64,000 nt of DNA from Opitutia bacterium (GTDB lineage: Bacteria; Verrucomicrobiota; Verrucomicrobiia; Opitutales; T3Sed10-336), in assembly GCA_050506795.1 (NCBI GenBank), contig JBJHCF010000015.1:1-64000 (forward strand), in the 5' to 3' direction. The notes under the pieces are model-generated. The model was not told the DNA's origin. It made no database searches and saw only the letters and a list, made by a program, of their open reading frames with translations. The position numbers and the translations under genes are program-made. Shown in pieces: positions 62,605 through 64,000 of this stretch. Every line of letters begins with the position of its first letter. The first letter of the stretch is position 1.

Positions 62605-64000
62605 CTAGCGCACTTCGATCTGCGTTCCGGCACTTTCCGAGCGAACCTCGGGATTGTAGTAATCGTAAATGGCGGCGGTTGGCGCGGTAACGCGCAGGGG
62701 ATGTTTCGCGCGGAGTTGATAGCTGAATTGAAAGGGCTGCCGAACGGGTAGTTCGTGCAGGTAGAGAATAAGCTGATTTCCGGTGATCTCGTAGCGTGCG
62801 ATTCGTTCTCGGGCGACCAGAATGTCGAGGGAGTCTGCCAGGAGTTCGAACCCGGGAGGCACGCCCAGGTCGATCAACGGCATGAACACCGGGCCGGCGG
62901 TCTCGTTCACGACGGTCACGTGCGCGGTCAGAAGGTCGTTCACGCTGAGGGTCCCCCGATCGTAGGACACCTCGATAGAGAGTGCCTCCGCATTCAATGG
63001 GTCCGGTTTGATCTCCTCGGCATCGTCGCGGACCCAGTAAGAGGCCGCCAATTGCACGCCGAGGTCGCTCGGGTTCCCGGTCTGCAAACGCACGGCATTT
63101 TCACCGGTGACTACCTTCGAGGTCAGCGAAATTAAACGCATGACTTCATACTCCTCCGGCGTGATCTCCAGGCTTTCTACCGGGTCTTCGTTGAGCGAGA
63201 CCGCGAGCCGAATCGTTTCCTCGGATGCGGCCACCGTGGACGTCGCCTTGAGAAGGGCCTGTATCGAGAGAATCGTCGCTTGTGTCGATCCGAAATGCCC
63301 CCAGGAGGTTCGCTGTCGTGAGATCCATGATACAGCCTCGAGCCCAAGTGGAACGGTTGCCGGGTCGTTCAGAAGCACGAGGGCGGCCAGCGCCGTCGCC
63401 TCGACGTCCGCGGCACTGCCCGATGAGCGGGCTATGCTCCGACTTCCCGCCGTCCAGTAAGCGGCGCCACCTTCCACGCTCTGAACGGTCTGCACCAATC
63501 GCCGGGCAAAAGCCCTTCCGGTTGCGTCCGAGCGATCCAGCGCCAGGAGTGCGTTGGCGGCCAGCGCCGTTTCGTACGGCGTCTCGAATTCTCCGGCGTT
63601 TCGGCGCAGCCAAGCCGCCCCGGCTTGCACGCGCTGACCGCGCTGGTTTGCCGATGCCAGGGACCAGACCGTGTAGGCGGTGGTTAATTGCCGAGAGCCG
63701 AATCCGCGACTGTTCCATGATCCGTCCTGTGCCTGTTCGCCATAAAGCCAGTCCATTGCGCTCGCCGTCACGCTCGGATCCACGGAGTGAATGCGCGCCA
63801 TGTCAGTGAACTGCCGGACCCCGTAAGCGGTCAGCCAAACGTTTGCCGGAGAGCGTCCGAACCAATCGAATCCTCCCTCCGGGGTCTGGAAGGTGAGCAG
63901 GCGCTGGTAGCCGGTGTTGATGAGCTTTCGGGCGCGAACCTCAACTTCCGGCGTAAGCGTCTCTGTCTCCTCCAGGTAGGCGAGCACCAGGACATTGGGA
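62605..64000 (-). CDS. Alpha-2-macroglobulin / thioester-protein family, C-terminal part (5' end outside window)
   Basis: PNVLVLAYL, GYQRLLTF....GGFDWFG, WLTAY, FGSTQAT, IDLGVPPGF, IYDYYNPE: TED plus receptor-binding domain. Confidence 0.88.
   Translation of the reverse strand, partial: PNVLVLAYLEETETLTPEVEVRARKLINTGYQRLLTFQTPEGGFDWFGRSPANVWLTAYGVRQFTDMARIHSVDPSVTASAMDWLYGEQAQDGSWNSRGFGSRQLTTAYTVWSLASANQRGQRVQAGAAWLRRNAGEFETPYETALAANALLALDRSDATGRAFARRLVQTVQSVEGGAAYWTAGSRSIARSSGSAADVEATALAALVLLNDPATVPLGLEAVSWISRQRTSWGHFGSTQATILSIQALLKATSTVAASEETIRLAVSLNEDPVESLEITPEEYEVMRLISLTSKVVTGENAVRLQTGNPSDLGVQLAASYWVRDDAEEIKPDPLNAEALSIEVSYDRGTLSVNDLLTAHVTVVNETAGPVFMPLIDLGVPPGFELLADSLDILVARERIARYEITGNQLILYLHELPVRQPFQFSYQLRAKHPLRVTAPTAAIYDYYNPEVRSESAGTQIEVR

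Overview
GC-rich bacterial chromosome segment, most likely Verrucomicrobiota (Opitutia-like). This is inferred from a PEP-CTERM protein and the 'W..H.G...D..G.TNL.RYAFGL' C-terminal module on large surface proteins. From left to right: two tandem paralogous giant secreted beta-propeller/FN3 proteins (the first, <1..4314, is missing from the ORF track), each with a reelin-like subrepeat; DUF502; a VWA protein + histidine kinase + OmpR regulator; a TetR-MFP-RND efflux operon; a PEP-CTERM protein; a GH43_24 / GH50 / GH2 galactan cluster interrupted by an intact IS630; housekeeping genes (polyprenyl synthase, aroK, queG, M23 peptidase); a five-gene operon (FN3 membrane protein, DUR3-like Na+:solute symporter, an unannotated 41-aa membrane peptide, a PyrB-like carbamoyltransferase lacking the aspartate-specificity motif, and an AsnB-type amidotransferase); xseA, acs, comEC, thiD, lpdA, an RRM protein, TPMT, ALDH, a ZnuD-like TonB receptor, a ThDP enzyme, a porin, an M48 peptidase, GH31, a SecDF-head protein; and the 3' part of a CD109-like alpha-2-macroglobulin. 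The best candidate for an undescribed system is the carbamoyltransferase + amidotransferase + symporter operon, which has the chemistry to make and import an N-carbamoyl-amino-acid amide osmolyte such as N-alpha-carbamoyl-L-glutamine 1-amide. Also notable are inverted heptamer-repeat elements and an operator shared by two outer-membrane genes. No rRNA, tRNA or CRISPR array was seen.
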